Assembly (NCBI GenBank): GCA_963796275.1
Contig: CAWCKY010000006.1
Span: forward strand, 320,001 to 384,000
Length of the DNA stretch: 64,000 nucleotides
Direction: 5' to 3'
Source of the DNA: an uncultured Acidobacteriota bacterium
GTDB lineage: Bacteria > Acidobacteriota > Blastocatellia > RBC074
Part shown: positions 1 to 10,400 of the stretch, one piece after another
Numbering within the stretch: position 1 is the first letter of the stretch
Layout of the letters: each line of letters begins with the position of its first letter
Made by a program: the position numbers and the translations under genes
The notes under the pieces: model-generated
Told to the model about the DNA's origin: nothing
Databases searched by the model: none
Seen by the model: the letters and a program-made list of their open reading frames with translations, nothing else

Positions 1-3000
1 CAGCCCGAGACCGATGGTATTAGTCATTCCACCGAAGCGGATATCGCTCACGAGCGGAAACACATTCCCGAGATCATAGAAGGGAACTACCCGGAATCGT
101 CGTGTCAGCGGGTAGCGCAGCTCGAAGTTGAAAATAGTGAGCGCATTGCCGCCGACAGCTACGAGCGCCGGCAGTTCACCTGGGAAGCGCGGCTCAAGAA
201 CAGCTTGCGGCCCGGCCTGCTCAAAGCGGAACCCGCGAAGCGTTGTCGCGCCTCCCGCAAAGAAACGCTCGCTGATCGGCAACAGCTTGTCATCAAATGT
301 TCCGGTCACCGTAACCTTGAAGGGATCCGCTAACCCGATGCGCACAGCGGCGGCAAGAACGGAATCGCGCAGTAACGGCGTCGATTGAGGGAGCGTCCGG
401 TAGTACTGGTAGTTGCCGAAGAATCTGTTGAAGGCCTCGTTCCCTCCGAGGCTGCGCGCAGCAATGGAATGATCGGCACTGAAGAGTTGTCCTCGTGTGG
501 GATTCAGCGCGCTGTCGCGCGTGTCGTGCGTGAAGCCGGCGGAGACAAGTCCTAAACGGATCGGGCGATCGTTCCGCCCGATCTCTGCAATGGGAATATT
601 CTGGACATTGGAGAGCCTCGAATCTTCATAGTTGTACCGGAACCGCACTGAGAAGATCTCAGAAAGCTTGCGCTCCGTTTGAATAAAGGCGACGTAGCGA
701 TTGATGCCATAGCTTTGCGTCGGCCCATTCTCAACCTCTCCGTCCACGATAACCTGCCTGACGATCGATTGCAGATCCGTGTTCCGGTCGTAGTAGGCCG
801 AGACGGTGGTCGCCCATCTGGTTTCGAACGGCCGAAGGTCAATGTAAGAAATTTGCCCGAATTGTTCGCGCCCGCTCACCCGCATTCGAGCGGAGGCGGT
901 ATTGACGCGCCCAAAGAGGTTGGTATTGGACAGTTGGACGAGCCCGCGCGGGCCGTCATCCGTTGAATATCCCGTGCCATAAACGAAGAGCAGCGGCTTC
1001 GCCTCCGTCACTCCCACCGTCACACGGCGCGCATTCGCATCATCGCCTCCCACGGGGTCAGTGCGAATGTTTATCTCGCGGAACGCCCCTGTGGCGTAGA
1101 GGTCGCGCTGAGTGCTGCGAATGACCTCGGGCGTGAGCGTATCGCCGGGTTTAAAGGGGAGGAATCGGCGGATCGAATCCTCACGCGTTTTAGTTTGGCC
1201 TGTTATGAGCACCTCGCTCGCCACGCTTCGGCTACCCTCGGTCACGTTATAGGTCACTCGCACGCGATCATCAGGCAAATTCATGAGATTTAGTTCGACG
1301 ATAGCAGCCAGATAGCCGCGATCCGTATAGAACTTCCTGATATTCTGCGTGCCCTGACGCAATTTGGTCACTGAGAAGGGGTCATCGTCCTTGATCGGAA
1401 CAGTCTCACGCAATGTGGAAGATGTGACGACCGCGTTGCCTTTGATCGCAACCCCTGAAATGATCGAACGCGGCCCCTCTTTCACATCGAAGATCACAAC
1501 CAGGTCGGCACTCTCCGCCTTGGTCGCCAATCGCGAATCGACGCGCGTGGAGCGGAAGCCCTGGTTGACCATACGGCGTCGAATGACCTCGCGGTCGTGT
1601 TGCAGGCGGTCGTCGCTCGTAATTCCGCGCGCATAGCCGCCGATCAATGGGAGTTTCCTGAGGAAAGGGATACCACCGAAGATGCTGGCCGTCTGCGATT
1701 GGAACTGCCCCCTGATATCGCCGAGGCTGATCCGGTCGGTTCCTTCAATGCGGATCTCCTTAATAGCGTGTCGTTGATCCGGTTGAACATTATAAATCAC
1801 GCGCAGGTTCGGGGCGCTGCAGTCTGCGGGCACGCACCTGTAACTCACAGTCGCAAAGAAATAACCCTGTTCCTGAAGATAATCTGTTAGATTGCGCTCC
1901 CCCAAACGGGCGAGTGACGGGCTGTAGCCGGACTTCTTGATGGGTAAAAGTTCGCGCAACTTTTTATCGTTCAGACGTACGTCTTCCGGTTTCTCAATCG
2001 ATACGTCGGCGGGTGGAAGAGGCGTTCGTGTGGGGCGCGAGGGTATTTTTGTCGAGGGGCGGCCTGTGCCTGCGGCACCCAAAGAACCACTTCCCAAATA
2101 GCCAAGCGAGTAACGCCTGCGACCGCGCATCTCGATCGCGAGGTCATTGTTGTTACTGCCACCTTGCGCCGAGTTGCTCCCCTGGGTGAATGACCCGACC
2201 ACGGAGAAGCGATTCGACACAGCATAGTCGAGAAGAACGGTCTGATCCTGCTCCGAGGCGAGGTTTGTCGAGTAGGTGAACGTGAGGTCGCGCGTGACCT
2301 GTTGGCCGATCGTTATACGCGCCGCCGGGTTGTCGTTAGGGCGCAGCACCGGATCGATCTGAAAGCGACTGATGCCAAGTAATGATTCGGTCGGCTTTGA
2401 GATGAGCTGCTGAGTGAGGAGCGATGCCGCCGTTCCCACACCCGAACGCGCCAATTCTTCACTCCCCAGATTGTCCGAGTCGGTGCGTCCGGTGGTGATC
2501 AGAGAGAGTACCTCTGACCGAGGCAAATCTGGCTCTGAACGCAGCGTCACATCCATATCGTTGAGCTGGCCGGCGAGACCGACATAAACGTGATGACCGC
2601 TCACATCGCCTTCGGCCATGGCGTTGATAACGGGAGTCATCCCGGCACCAATGGGAAATTCGACCGTACCGGTAGTAATGTCATAGCGTTGAGAGCGGAA
2701 CCTGACCGTGCCGCCTTCGAACGTTACGCGGCCGGTGATGCTGGGGTCATTGAGTCTGCCGCCGACGGTGAGCAAGGCTGTGCCGACAGTGTTGATCTGC
2801 GCGTTGTTTACGAAAAGCGATTCGTTCGCTTCAACACGCACGTCCAAACTCACAGGAGCGAGGCCGTAAGTCCTCCTCCTGCCGCCACCGCCTCCGAAAT
2901 CGAGACCGCCTTGCCTGGTTGCGGCCAGGCTCTCAAAATCGAAGTCGGTCGTATACTCAGCCTGCGGGATGGTGAGCTTACCGCTGAGCAATTGTCCTTG

Positions 3001-6000
3001 AGGAGTACCGGTCAGAGTAAGGTCGCCGTCGAGTATCACCTGAGCTCCCTGATAGAAGATAAGGATGCCACTGGCGTTGAGACCGAATCGCCATTCCTTC
3101 GGCTGAAACTGTGCGAGCGTGAGAGTGCCATTCGCGTTGATCTTTCCGTCGTTGGCACGCGCTGTAAAGCTCTCGAGGGTTACTTTATCCCCGGATAGAA
3201 GAATACGGCCGTTACCGTCTTCGATGTTGAATTGAGGATCGATGCTGGAGAAGGCGAGCCCGTTCATACTCACATCCCCGGCAAACCGCGGCTCGTTCGC
3301 TGATCCTTCTATTCTCGCATTGATCGTCAGAGTGCCGCTGAAGAATGAGTCGGGGTCCAATTCGCTGAGAGCATCGAGATTGGCCGTTCCATTCACTGCG
3401 AAATTCATCTTTGCATCCTCGCTCAAGGCGAGTGTGCCGCCGATGCTGAGATCGGCACCAGCACCGAAAACTCGTGTTCGCTGAAGCGTGAGTTGAGGCC
3501 CGTCGAGTGTGACTGTAAACGGCGTCTCGACATTTATCTTTCTTCCCGTGACCAGCAGCGAGATACCGGTAAACGTAAGGTTGCCGCGTAAACCATCGAG
3601 GGTTACCTCCCCTCGATCATTGACTGTCGGCCCGGCGACGCGGAGTCTACCGCCGATGACTCCATCGATCGAGGAAGCGAGATTGGGAGCAAATGCGGCG
3701 ATGAGAGGACCTAGATCCAAATCCGTAATATTGGTTTCGACTTCGATGGGGCGACTTGGCTTTCGCAGCTCAAAGTTCGCGCGCACCGTCTGCGGCGCGC
3801 CCGCGATGCCGGTGATCAGCTCAAGGTCAATGCGCCCGCTCTGACTCGTGCGCGCGGTAAGGGTGAGCTGGCCAGCCGGCTGTCCGTTGATCGTTACATC
3901 CTTTCCGCTAGCCGTTAATTCGATTTGCAGCTGGTCGAGGTCATTTGTGCTGCCGCTCGCTTGCAAGGTGGCTGTGGCCGTCCCGGTTATAATCGGATTC
4001 TCGACCTCGAGAGAGGTGAAGAGTACACCCAAATTGATGCTGTCAGCCTTCCCCTGCAATTGAAAGGTGTTTCTCTTCAGGTCGAGACTGCCATTCGCAA
4101 CGAGATGGCCTTGAGACAGGCGGACCTCGGCGCGGTCGATTCGTGCAGTCTGACCATCGAGAACCAGATTGGCCGTCGCCAGCTCGGCTGCCTGTCCGGC
4201 AATCACACCATCTACTAGATTGACGGTCACCGTTCCTTGAGGAGCCGCTGGCAAAGCTGTCAAGTGCGCCTGGCCCGAGATATCTCCGGAGATGAGCTTC
4301 TGCCCGATGGGAAGACCGGCGGCGGCGATCAAAGTATCTACTGGAATGCGATCGAGAGCGGCATCGAGCCGTCCTTCCGTGGCGAGCTTATTGCGCGGCG
4401 CCGCATAGCTGAATTTTACCGTCCCGTTATTGGCGGCGGTGAGCAGCCCATTATCTAAACGCACTTCCGCGGGAGAGAAGAGTAGATGGCCAGTGAGACT
4501 GCCCAGCAACTCATCGTGCAGCAAAATACTCGCAGCATTCAGATCTGCGTCGATCGTCGGATTTTTGATCGGTCCGGTGAGACGGCCTTCGAATTTGAGA
4601 TCGCCGACGAGCTGCGGTTCATACTCTGCGAGCGCCTTCCTCACCTCATCGACCGAATAGGCAATGGCCTGCAATTGCTCGGCGCTCGCCGAGTTGAGCG
4701 AGAAGCGCATATCTGATTCGCCCTCCTGCGAGAATCGCCCGGTAGCACTCAATCTCGTGGCGTCGGTATAGAGTGTGAATCGGTTAACCTCGAAGACGCC
4801 GCTGCTAGCCGTGATTCCCACATCCCCCTTGACCGGAATCGCGTCAGGAGTCTGTGTCGTGTCACCGCTCAGGTGGGCGGTAACCGTGCCGCTCGCCGCG
4901 AGCAGATCGATTCCGGGCCAACGAACATCTACTTTGCCCTCCACGACCCCTGCGAGAGGTGGTGGGCTTGTCGATACGAGAGTGAAAACGTCGCCCGTCT
5001 CGACCCCAGTGAAGCTCGCCTTCAGATGCGAGTTGCCACTGCGCCCCAGTTGCCCCGATTGCCCCGTTTGCCCTGTTTGAATTGAGATGTCACCGGCAGC
5101 GCTACCGCCGAAAAGGGAAGCCTTGAATTGGTTGAGCGCGATCTTATTGTTATCGGCAATCAGCTCTCCGTTCAGCGGGCCCAAAGAAGCGCCCCCTATG
5201 GCTCCGCTCTTGATCGCTAAATTCCCGCGCACCTGATAGATATCCTCTTCTACGCTGGCGGTCACTTTCTGCAGCGCGACCCCCGAAATCTGCCCCTGGG
5301 CAATTTCAATATGCTCGATGGATACCTGTGGCACCTCCCCACGTATGTGGCCATTAATCATCTCTCCCCGAATCGCGCCGGCTGACAAATTCGTCACTTT
5401 GGCGCCCTGCACACTCATAGCCTGGAAACGCGCTTGCTTGCTTCCAAAACTTAGCTTCTCACCGTCAGACGCAACGATGATTCCCTCTACCTTCGCGCCG
5501 CGTGCTCGAGCGCCGGCTGCCGTGAAATCGTCTGAGTCTAATTCACCAGTTATCCGATAGCGTGCGCCTTCCCCTTCGATCCGCCCGTCGAACCCGGCCG
5601 CACCCTGCAATCCGCTTCCTGGCTCGATGATCGCGACCTCATCCAGTGCTACGCGCGCTTGAAGGCTGAGTCTATAGCGCAACGCATCCCAATCATCGAT
5701 CCGTCCGACAGCTGATGCCTGAACGATCGGCGAGCGAAGCGTAAGACTCTCGACCTCCGCTCCGGCCTCTCCACCCCTAACGGCGAGTTGCAAGCCATCG
5801 ATACTCATCTCGCGATTTTGATAGCGAAAGCGGCCTCCACCGGTGGTCAACTGAGCCTTCACCATTGTGCCTCCCGGAAGGGGCTGGGCGTTCGCCTGCA
5901 AATTTTCCAGCTCGCCTACGATATTACGCGCTCGATCATTGATGTAGAGTGCTCCGCCATTCAGCGATCCGATGAGACTCGAAAAATCGAATGTGATTCG

Positions 6001-6471
6001 GCTGGGTGCGCTCGGAGGCGCCGGGCGTAAGCCATCCAGATTTGAACGACCCTGTTCGTCCACGTCGAGGCGGATGATGAGGTTGTTCAGATCGAGGCGA
6101 TTAAAGACGATTTCCCGGTGTAGACGCAGAGCGAAGGGATCGAGAATCTGGACGACCATTTCCGCGTGGTCGACCGTCGCGATCAGCTGTCCCGTCTGTT
6201 GATTGTAGATTTTAGTATCACTGATCTTTGCCGTCTGTCTTCTCCAGGCAATATCGAATTTTCCGATCTCTGTGCGCAGACCGTACTCTGCGAGTGCCTC
6301 AACAACCTGATTTGCAACGTAGCGATTGATCTTGCCAGAAGTGATGAAGTTGATGCCGGCAAGGACGAGGAGTGTAATGAGTAAAAGCGAACCGAGACCT
6401 ATGGCAAGCGCCAGTTTGTGTCTCGCGTACCAGTTTGGGCGTATAGATGGCGTCCCCTGTGTCGGGTCCAT
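1..6471 (-). CDS. TamB (AsmA-like/DUF490) - POTRA - Omp85 (TamA/BamA-like) fusion protein, running off the left window edge
   Basis: Manual translation of both ends and the domain junction. ATG at 6471 gives MDPTQGTPSIRPNWYARHKLALAIGLGSLLLITLLVLAG (N-terminal TM anchor). A TamB-like C-terminus (RFQIDP..ARITIGQQVTRDLTFTYSTNL) lies near 2270-2370, then POTRA repeats (QGYFFATV, RGYLAAIV) and Omp85 barrel motifs (ERFFAGGATTLRGF, FELRYP, FYDLGNV). Base 1 is in the same frame as the ATG and no stop was found across the junction. Missing from the ORF track because it has no stop in the window. Confidence 0.85.
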   Translation of the reverse strand, partial: MDPTQGTPSIRPNWYARHKLALAIGLGSLLLITLLVLAGINFITSGKINRYVANQVVEALAEYGLRTEIGKFDIAWRRQTAKISDTKIYNQQTGQLIATVDHAEMVVQILDPFALRLHREIVFNRLDLNNLIIRLDVDEQGRSNLDGLRPAPPSAPSRITFDFSSLIGSLNGGALYINDRARNIVGELENLQANAQPLPGGTMVKAQLTTGGGRFRYQNREMSIDGLQLAVRGGEAGAEVESLTLRSPIVQASAVGRIDDWDALRYRLSLQARVALDEVAIIEPGSGLQGAAGFDGRIEGEGARYRITGELDSDDFTAAGARARGAKVEGIIVASDGEKLSFGSKQARFQAMSVQGAKVTNLSAGAIRGEMINGHIRGEVPQVSIEHIEIAQGQISGVALQKVTASVEEDIYQVRGNLAIKSGAIGGASLGPLNGELIADNNKIALNQFKASLFGGSAAGDISIQTGQTGQSGQLGRSGNSHLKASFTGVETGDVFTLVSTSPPPLAGVVEGKVDVRWPGIDLLAASGTVTAHLSGDTTQTPDAIPVKGDVGITASSGVFEVNRFTLYTDATRLSATGRFSQEGESDMRFSLNSASAEQLQAIAYSVDEVRKALAEYEPQLVGDLKFEGRLTGPIKNPTIDADLNAASILLHDELLGSLTGHLLFSPAEVRLDNGLLTAANNGTVKFSYAAPRNKLATEGRLDAALDRIPVDTLIAAAGLPIGQKLISGDISGQAHLTALPAAPQGTVTVNLVDGVIAGQAAELATANLVLDGQTARIDRAEVRLSQGHLVANGSLDLKRNTFQLQGKADSINLGVLFTSLEVENPIITGTATATLQASGSTNDLDQLQIELTASGKDVTINGQPAGQLTLTARTSQSGRIDLELITGIAGAPQTVRANFELRKPSRPIEVETNITDLDLGPLIAAFAPNLASSIDGVIGGRLRVAGPTVNDRGEVTLDGLRGNLTFTGISLLVTGRKINVETPFTVTLDGPQLTLQRTRVFGAGADLSIGGTLALSEDAKMNFAVNGTANLDALSELDPDSFFSGTLTINARIEGSANEPRFAGDVSMNGLAFSSIDPQFNIEDGNGRILLSGDKVTLESFTARANDGKINANGTLTLAQFQPKEWRFGLNASGILIFYQGAQVILDGDLTLTGTPQGQLLSGKLTIPQAEYTTDFDFESLAATRQGGLDFGGGGGRRRTYGLAPVSLDVRVEANESLFVNNAQINTVGTALLTVGGRLNDPSITGRVTFEGGTVRFRSQRYDITTGTVEFPIGAGMTPVINAMAEGDVSGHHVYVGLAGQLNDMDVTLRSEPDLPRSEVLSLITTGRTDSDNLGSEELARSGVGTAASLLTQQLISKPTESLLGISRFQIDPVLRPNDNPAARITIGQQVTRDLTFTYSTNLASEQDQTVLLDYAVSNRFSVVGSFTQGSNSAQGGSNNNDLAIEMRGRRRYSLGYLGSGSLGAAGTGRPSTKIPSRPTRTPLPPADVSIEKPEDVRLNDKKLRELLPIKKSGYSPSLARLGERNLTDYLQEQGYFFATVSYRCVPADCSAPNLRVIYNVQPDQRHAIKEIRIEGTDRISLGDIRGQFQSQTASIFGGIPFLRKLPLIGGYARGITSDDRLQHDREVIRRRMVNQGFRSTRVDSRLATKAESADLVVIFDVKEGPRSIISGVAIKGNAVVTSSTLRETVPIKDDDPFSVTKLRQGTQNIRKFYTDRGYLAAIVELNLMNLPDDRVRVTYNVTEGSRSVASEVLITGQTKTREDSIRRFLPFKPGDTLTPEVIRSTQRDLYATGAFREINIRTDPVGGDDANARRVTVGVTEAKPLLFVYGTGYSTDDGPRGLVQLSNTNLFGRVNTASARMRVSGREQFGQISYIDLRPFETRWATTVSAYYDRNTDLQSIVRQVIVDGEVENGPTQSYGINRYVAFIQTERKLSEIFSVRFRYNYEDSRLSNVQNIPIAEIGRNDRPIRLGLVSAGFTHDTRDSALNPTRGQLFSADHSIAARSLGGNEAFNRFFGNYQYYRTLPQSTPLLRDSVLAAAVRIGLADPFKVTVTGTFDDKLLPISERFFAGGATTLRGFRFEQAGPQAVLEPRFPGELPALVAVGGNALTIFNFELRYPLTRRFRVVPFYDLGNVFPLVSDIRFGGMTNTIGLGL

Positions 6472-6636
6472 GATTACCCTTCAAGTCAACTCAGAAATCA
6501 TGGGGAACATGGGGAGTCACAATCCTGGTAGGTTGTAATTAAAAGCCGGTGATGATTTTTGGAGATAAAAGATTGGGAGGAGATGATGCTAGCACGGGTA
6601 ATCGAAGATAGTAAAGTAGGAGCAATTTGAGATAAC

Positions 6637-6767
6637 GCACTTGGAGTTCCGCGTTTAAGCGGTCATTCCTTTCAGCACGCGATTTTGGAAACCTAACATG
6701 AAGATCGCGCTTTGGAGTTCCGCGTTTGCGCCGTCATTCCTTTCCGTACATGATTTTCGGACTACCT
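6637..6767. repeat. two degenerate direct copies of a ~58-bp REP-like element
   Basis: TTGGAGTTCCGCGTTT...GTCATTCCTTTC...GATTTT occurs at ~6641 and again at ~6712 in an intergenic region. Confidence 0.6.
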
Positions 6768-6856
6768 GAAAGGCCCACCGGGGCTGGCCTACAAAATCCG
6801 ATGCGGGCAGCAAATTTGAAAGTTTGAAAATACAGATCAGTGGATCCCAAACCCGA

Positions 6857-8668
6857 TCAGAATCGCCAGAAAACCGGGACGAGGAACGTTGCCACCAGAA
6901 AGAACCACAGCAGCAGGGGCATGCCCAGCTTCGCGTAGTCCCCGAAGTGGTATCCGCCGGGTCCCTTTACCATCAGGTTCACGGGAGTAGCAACAGGAGT
7001 GAGGAAAGCGGCAGCGGCGGCCACAGCCACGCTCATCAGCACCGGCCGCGGTGATATTCCCATCCCGGTGGCAGCAGACACTGCGATCGGGATGATGATG
7101 AGCGCGGTCGCGGTATTGCTGATCAACTGACCGAGAGTAGCGGTCAACGCGAAGAGTCCGGCCAACAGGGCATACGGACCGGCGTCACCGACCACGCGCA
7201 CGAGCGTCTCGGCCATCAAGGCCGCGGCGCCGCTCTGAATCATGGCGGTCGACAAAGGCATCATGGCGCCGACCAGGATGACGGTGGTCCAGTTGATGGC
7301 GCGGAAGGCCTGCCCGATCGTGAGCACCCCCAGCAGGACCATGGCACAGGCGGCGAACAGCCCCGCGATGACGGGGGGCACCACGCCGGTGGCGAGGAGT
7401 ACCACCATTGCGAGAAGCACGGCTATGGCCTGCTTCGCTCCCGGACCCAGGGGCAAGGCTTGCCGGCGGACCAGTTCGGGCGAGTCGACTACGAGGAGGT
7501 CGGGGAAGTCGAGTCGTTCGTCGAGCGCCTTCCACGTCCCCTGGAGCAGCAAAGTATCGCCGACGGCGAGCTTCGTCTCATTCGGGCCCTGGTCCTCGCC
7601 GCGGCGTTGCACGGCCAGGATGATGAGATCGCAGCTGGAGGTAATCATCCCTGGAAAGACCTTTTGCCCGACCAGGTCAGATCGGGGCGGGATGACGACC
7701 TCGGCGAGGCCGGACGCGCGGTTGAACAGCGTATCCGCGACATTTTCAACTTTGTCCTCTGACCGAAAGGCGAGTTTCTTGTCGATAGCCAGACTGGCGG
7801 CCGCTTCCGCGTTCCCGAGCAGGATCAGAATGTCGCCCAAGGCAATCGTGCGTCCCCTCAGCAAGTCGCTCCCATCTCCGGCTTGGATGCCGACGATGTT
7901 CAGGTCGGGATATTCCTTCAGGTCGAGGGCGTCGTCCTGTATTCCCACGTAGGGCGACCCGGGCCGCACCCGGAGCTGGAGGAGTCCATCCTTGAGCCGG
8001 TACTGCTCGATAAGGGTCCGGGCATGACGGCTGAGGTCTGCCGGCATCGTCGCGCCGCTTCGCGTCGGCAGCATGCGCTCCCCGAAAAGCAAGATGATAG
8101 CCATGGTACCGAGAAGTAGCGGGACCCCGACGATGGCGAACTCGAAGTATCCGAAGGCGCCCACGCCGGTGCCTGCCGCCGCCTCTGACACAAGCACGTT
8201 CACGGGCGACCCGGTAAGTGTCAGGAGCGACCCGGCGTGAGCGGCGAATACGAGGGGTATGAGCAGCTGCGATGTCGCGCGGCCGAGCCGGAGAGCCATG
8301 ACGATGACTACCGGCAGAAGGGCGGCGACCGCCCCGTTGACGCTGATCAATGCGGTGAGGAGCGAGACCAGCAACATAATGAGGATAAGTAGGCGCGCCC
8401 GGCTCTCCCCTGCCTTGGCGATCAGGAGTTGTCCCCCCCACGCCGTCACCCCGGCGACGTCGATGCCCGCGCTGACCACGAAGAGCGAAGCGATGAAGAT
8501 GACGGCGGGGTCGCCGAGACCGGCGACGGCCTGGTCCGGGTCGAGTACACCGGTGGCGTAGAGAGCGAGCGCCGTTCCCAAGGCCACGATCACCACCGGA
8601 ATGCGGTTCCAGACGAAGAGTGCAACGACCGCAGCGATGATGATGAAGATGATTGCAATGTCACTCAA
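6857..8668 (-). CDS. SLC13 family permease with TrkA-C (RCK_C) domains
   Basis: Hydrophobic N- and C-terminal halves, SNTAT and TPVATPVN motifs, central EVVIPPRSDLVG TrkA-C repeats. Confidence 0.9.
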   Translation of the reverse strand: MSDIAIIFIIIAAVVALFVWNRIPVVIVALGTALALYATGVLDPDQAVAGLGDPAVIFIASLFVVSAGIDVAGVTAWGGQLLIAKAGESRARLLILIMLLVSLLTALISVNGAVAALLPVVIVMALRLGRATSQLLIPLVFAAHAGSLLTLTGSPVNVLVSEAAAGTGVGAFGYFEFAIVGVPLLLGTMAIILLFGERMLPTRSGATMPADLSRHARTLIEQYRLKDGLLQLRVRPGSPYVGIQDDALDLKEYPDLNIVGIQAGDGSDLLRGRTIALGDILILLGNAEAAASLAIDKKLAFRSEDKVENVADTLFNRASGLAEVVIPPRSDLVGQKVFPGMITSSCDLIILAVQRRGEDQGPNETKLAVGDTLLLQGTWKALDERLDFPDLLVVDSPELVRRQALPLGPGAKQAIAVLLAMVVLLATGVVPPVIAGLFAACAMVLLGVLTIGQAFRAINWTTVILVGAMMPLSTAMIQSGAAALMAETLVRVVGDAGPYALLAGLFALTATLGQLISNTATALIIIPIAVSAATGMGISPRPVLMSVAVAAAAAFLTPVATPVNLMVKGPGGYHFGDYAKLGMPLLLWFFLVATFLVPVFWRF

Positions 8669-8770
8669 AGTCGCCCTCCCTCGTCGCAGGCGTTTACGGG
8701 CGACGATCTATATCTGCGATTCGTTTGAAACCCGATCGGGGATGGGCCCGATGCGCGCCTGCATCCTCGT

Positions 8771-10321
8771 TTAGGCTCTGGATGCCGGCGGGGTGAAGTT
8801 CATCGCGAGGTCGATCAGAAGGCGCGTGCCGAAGCCGGTCGCACCTTTGGGACGCCACGACTCGTCGGAGTCGGCGTACATCGTGCCGCAGATGTCGATG
8901 TGCGCCCAGGGCAGGTTGTCAACGAACTCTTCCAGGAAGAGCGCGGCCGTGATCGCACCTGGGTTGTCAGCACCCATGTTCTTCATGTCCGCGATGTTGG
9001 AGTCGAGCTGCTTGCGGTAGCGCTTCTCGAGCGGCAGCCGCCACACCAGCTCGTCGGTGTTGTGCGACGCCGCCATCACCTGATCGGCGAACGCCTGTGA
9101 GTTGCTGAACAGGCCCGCCACCTGGTCACCGAGCGCCCGGAGACAGGCTCCCGTGAGGGTGGCGATGGTCACGATTGCATCGGGTTGCTCCTCGACTGCC
9201 AGCACGATTCCATCCGCGAGGATCAGCCGGCCCTCCGCGTCGGTGCTGAGGACCTCAATGGTCTTCCCGCCGTGGATCGTGAGCACGTCGCCCATTTTCA
9301 TGGCCGAACCCGACGGCATATTGTCGGTACACATCAGGTAGCCGGTGACGGCGGTATGGCACCCGAGAGCGGCCAACGGAGACATCGCCGACAAAACGGC
9401 GGCGGCGCCCGACATGTCCATCTTCATCAAGCCATGCATGGAATCAGCCGCTTTCAGATTGATCCCACCCGAGTCGTACATAATGCCCTTGCCGACAATG
9501 GCAATGTGACGGGCCGCCCTGGCCTGCTTGCCGCTGGCGTTCTTCGGCCGATAGGTCAGCTTAATCATGCGCGGCGGCTCGACGCTTCCCGCGTTGACCC
9601 CGAGTATCCCACCGCAACCGAGCTTGGCCAGCGCCTCCTCGTCGAATATCTCGATGCCCAGCCCACGGTCCGCGGCGATCGCCGCAGCCACCTCGGCCAA
9701 CTGACTGGCCGTGAGATATGCCGGAGGCGTGTTGATAAGGTCGCGCGCGAGTTGGGCGGCAGCGGCGACGATCCGGCCGCGCTCGGCGCCTTTAGCCACG
9801 GCATCGGCCCGCTTCGACCCGGCAACGAGATTGAGCTCGGCGAGCAGGGGGCCGGGAGCCTTTTCCTTTAAGGCGTCGAAACGGTAACGGGCCAGGAGCA
9901 CTCCCTCGACGACCGCTTGCCCGGCGTCCTCGGGAGGCACATTCGCCACGTCCGCCAGCGTCGTGCTGAGACGTTCGTGCTTGCTGACCGCACGGGCAAA
10001 CGCCGCGGCCGCGTCACGCAGCTTGGCCTCGTCGAGCTCGTCCGGGTCGCCGATGCCGACGGCGACGATGGTCGGTCCGTCGGATCGTGGCAGCACCATG
10101 GTTTGACCGACCTTGCCGTCGAAGCCCGATTCGACCATTGTGGCCCGGTCGAGGCCGAGTTGGCGGGGCACGGCGCCATCGACTCCGACGGGAAAACCGA
10201 CGCAACCGGCATCTGCCGGTATGGATTTGGAAACGCCGATTGTCAGTTCGGCTGAATGCCTGATCGAAGGAATAATAGTTTTGAAGCCTGCAAGGGCACT
10301 GGCACTCTTAACTGCAGTCAT
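8771..10321 (-). CDS. pepA: M17 family leucyl aminopeptidase
   Basis: VGKGIMYDSGG, MKMDMSGAA, STDAEGRL and WAHIDI motifs. Start moved to ATG 10321, which follows a GGAGGG RBS. Confidence 0.9.
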   Translation of the reverse strand: MTAVKSASALAGFKTIIPSIRHSAELTIGVSKSIPADAGCVGFPVGVDGAVPRQLGLDRATMVESGFDGKVGQTMVLPRSDGPTIVAVGIGDPDELDEAKLRDAAAAFARAVSKHERLSTTLADVANVPPEDAGQAVVEGVLLARYRFDALKEKAPGPLLAELNLVAGSKRADAVAKGAERGRIVAAAAQLARDLINTPPAYLTASQLAEVAAAIAADRGLGIEIFDEEALAKLGCGGILGVNAGSVEPPRMIKLTYRPKNASGKQARAARHIAIVGKGIMYDSGGINLKAADSMHGLMKMDMSGAAAVLSAMSPLAALGCHTAVTGYLMCTDNMPSGSAMKMGDVLTIHGGKTIEVLSTDAEGRLILADGIVLAVEEQPDAIVTIATLTGACLRALGDQVAGLFSNSQAFADQVMAASHNTDELVWRLPLEKRYRKQLDSNIADMKNMGADNPGAITAALFLEEFVDNLPWAHIDICGTMYADSDESWRPKGATGFGTRLLIDLAMNFTPPASRA

Positions 10322-10400
10322 GATATGAGACCCTCCAGGCGAGCCCCGGAATGGAGCTCGCCAAGACTGACAGAATTGCAAGTTGAGCTGTGAATTTTTA

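Noticed and set aside
128-6538. Many short ORFs in the track over the first 6.5 kb
   Set aside because: They are shadows of the long minus-strand TamB-Omp85 frame.
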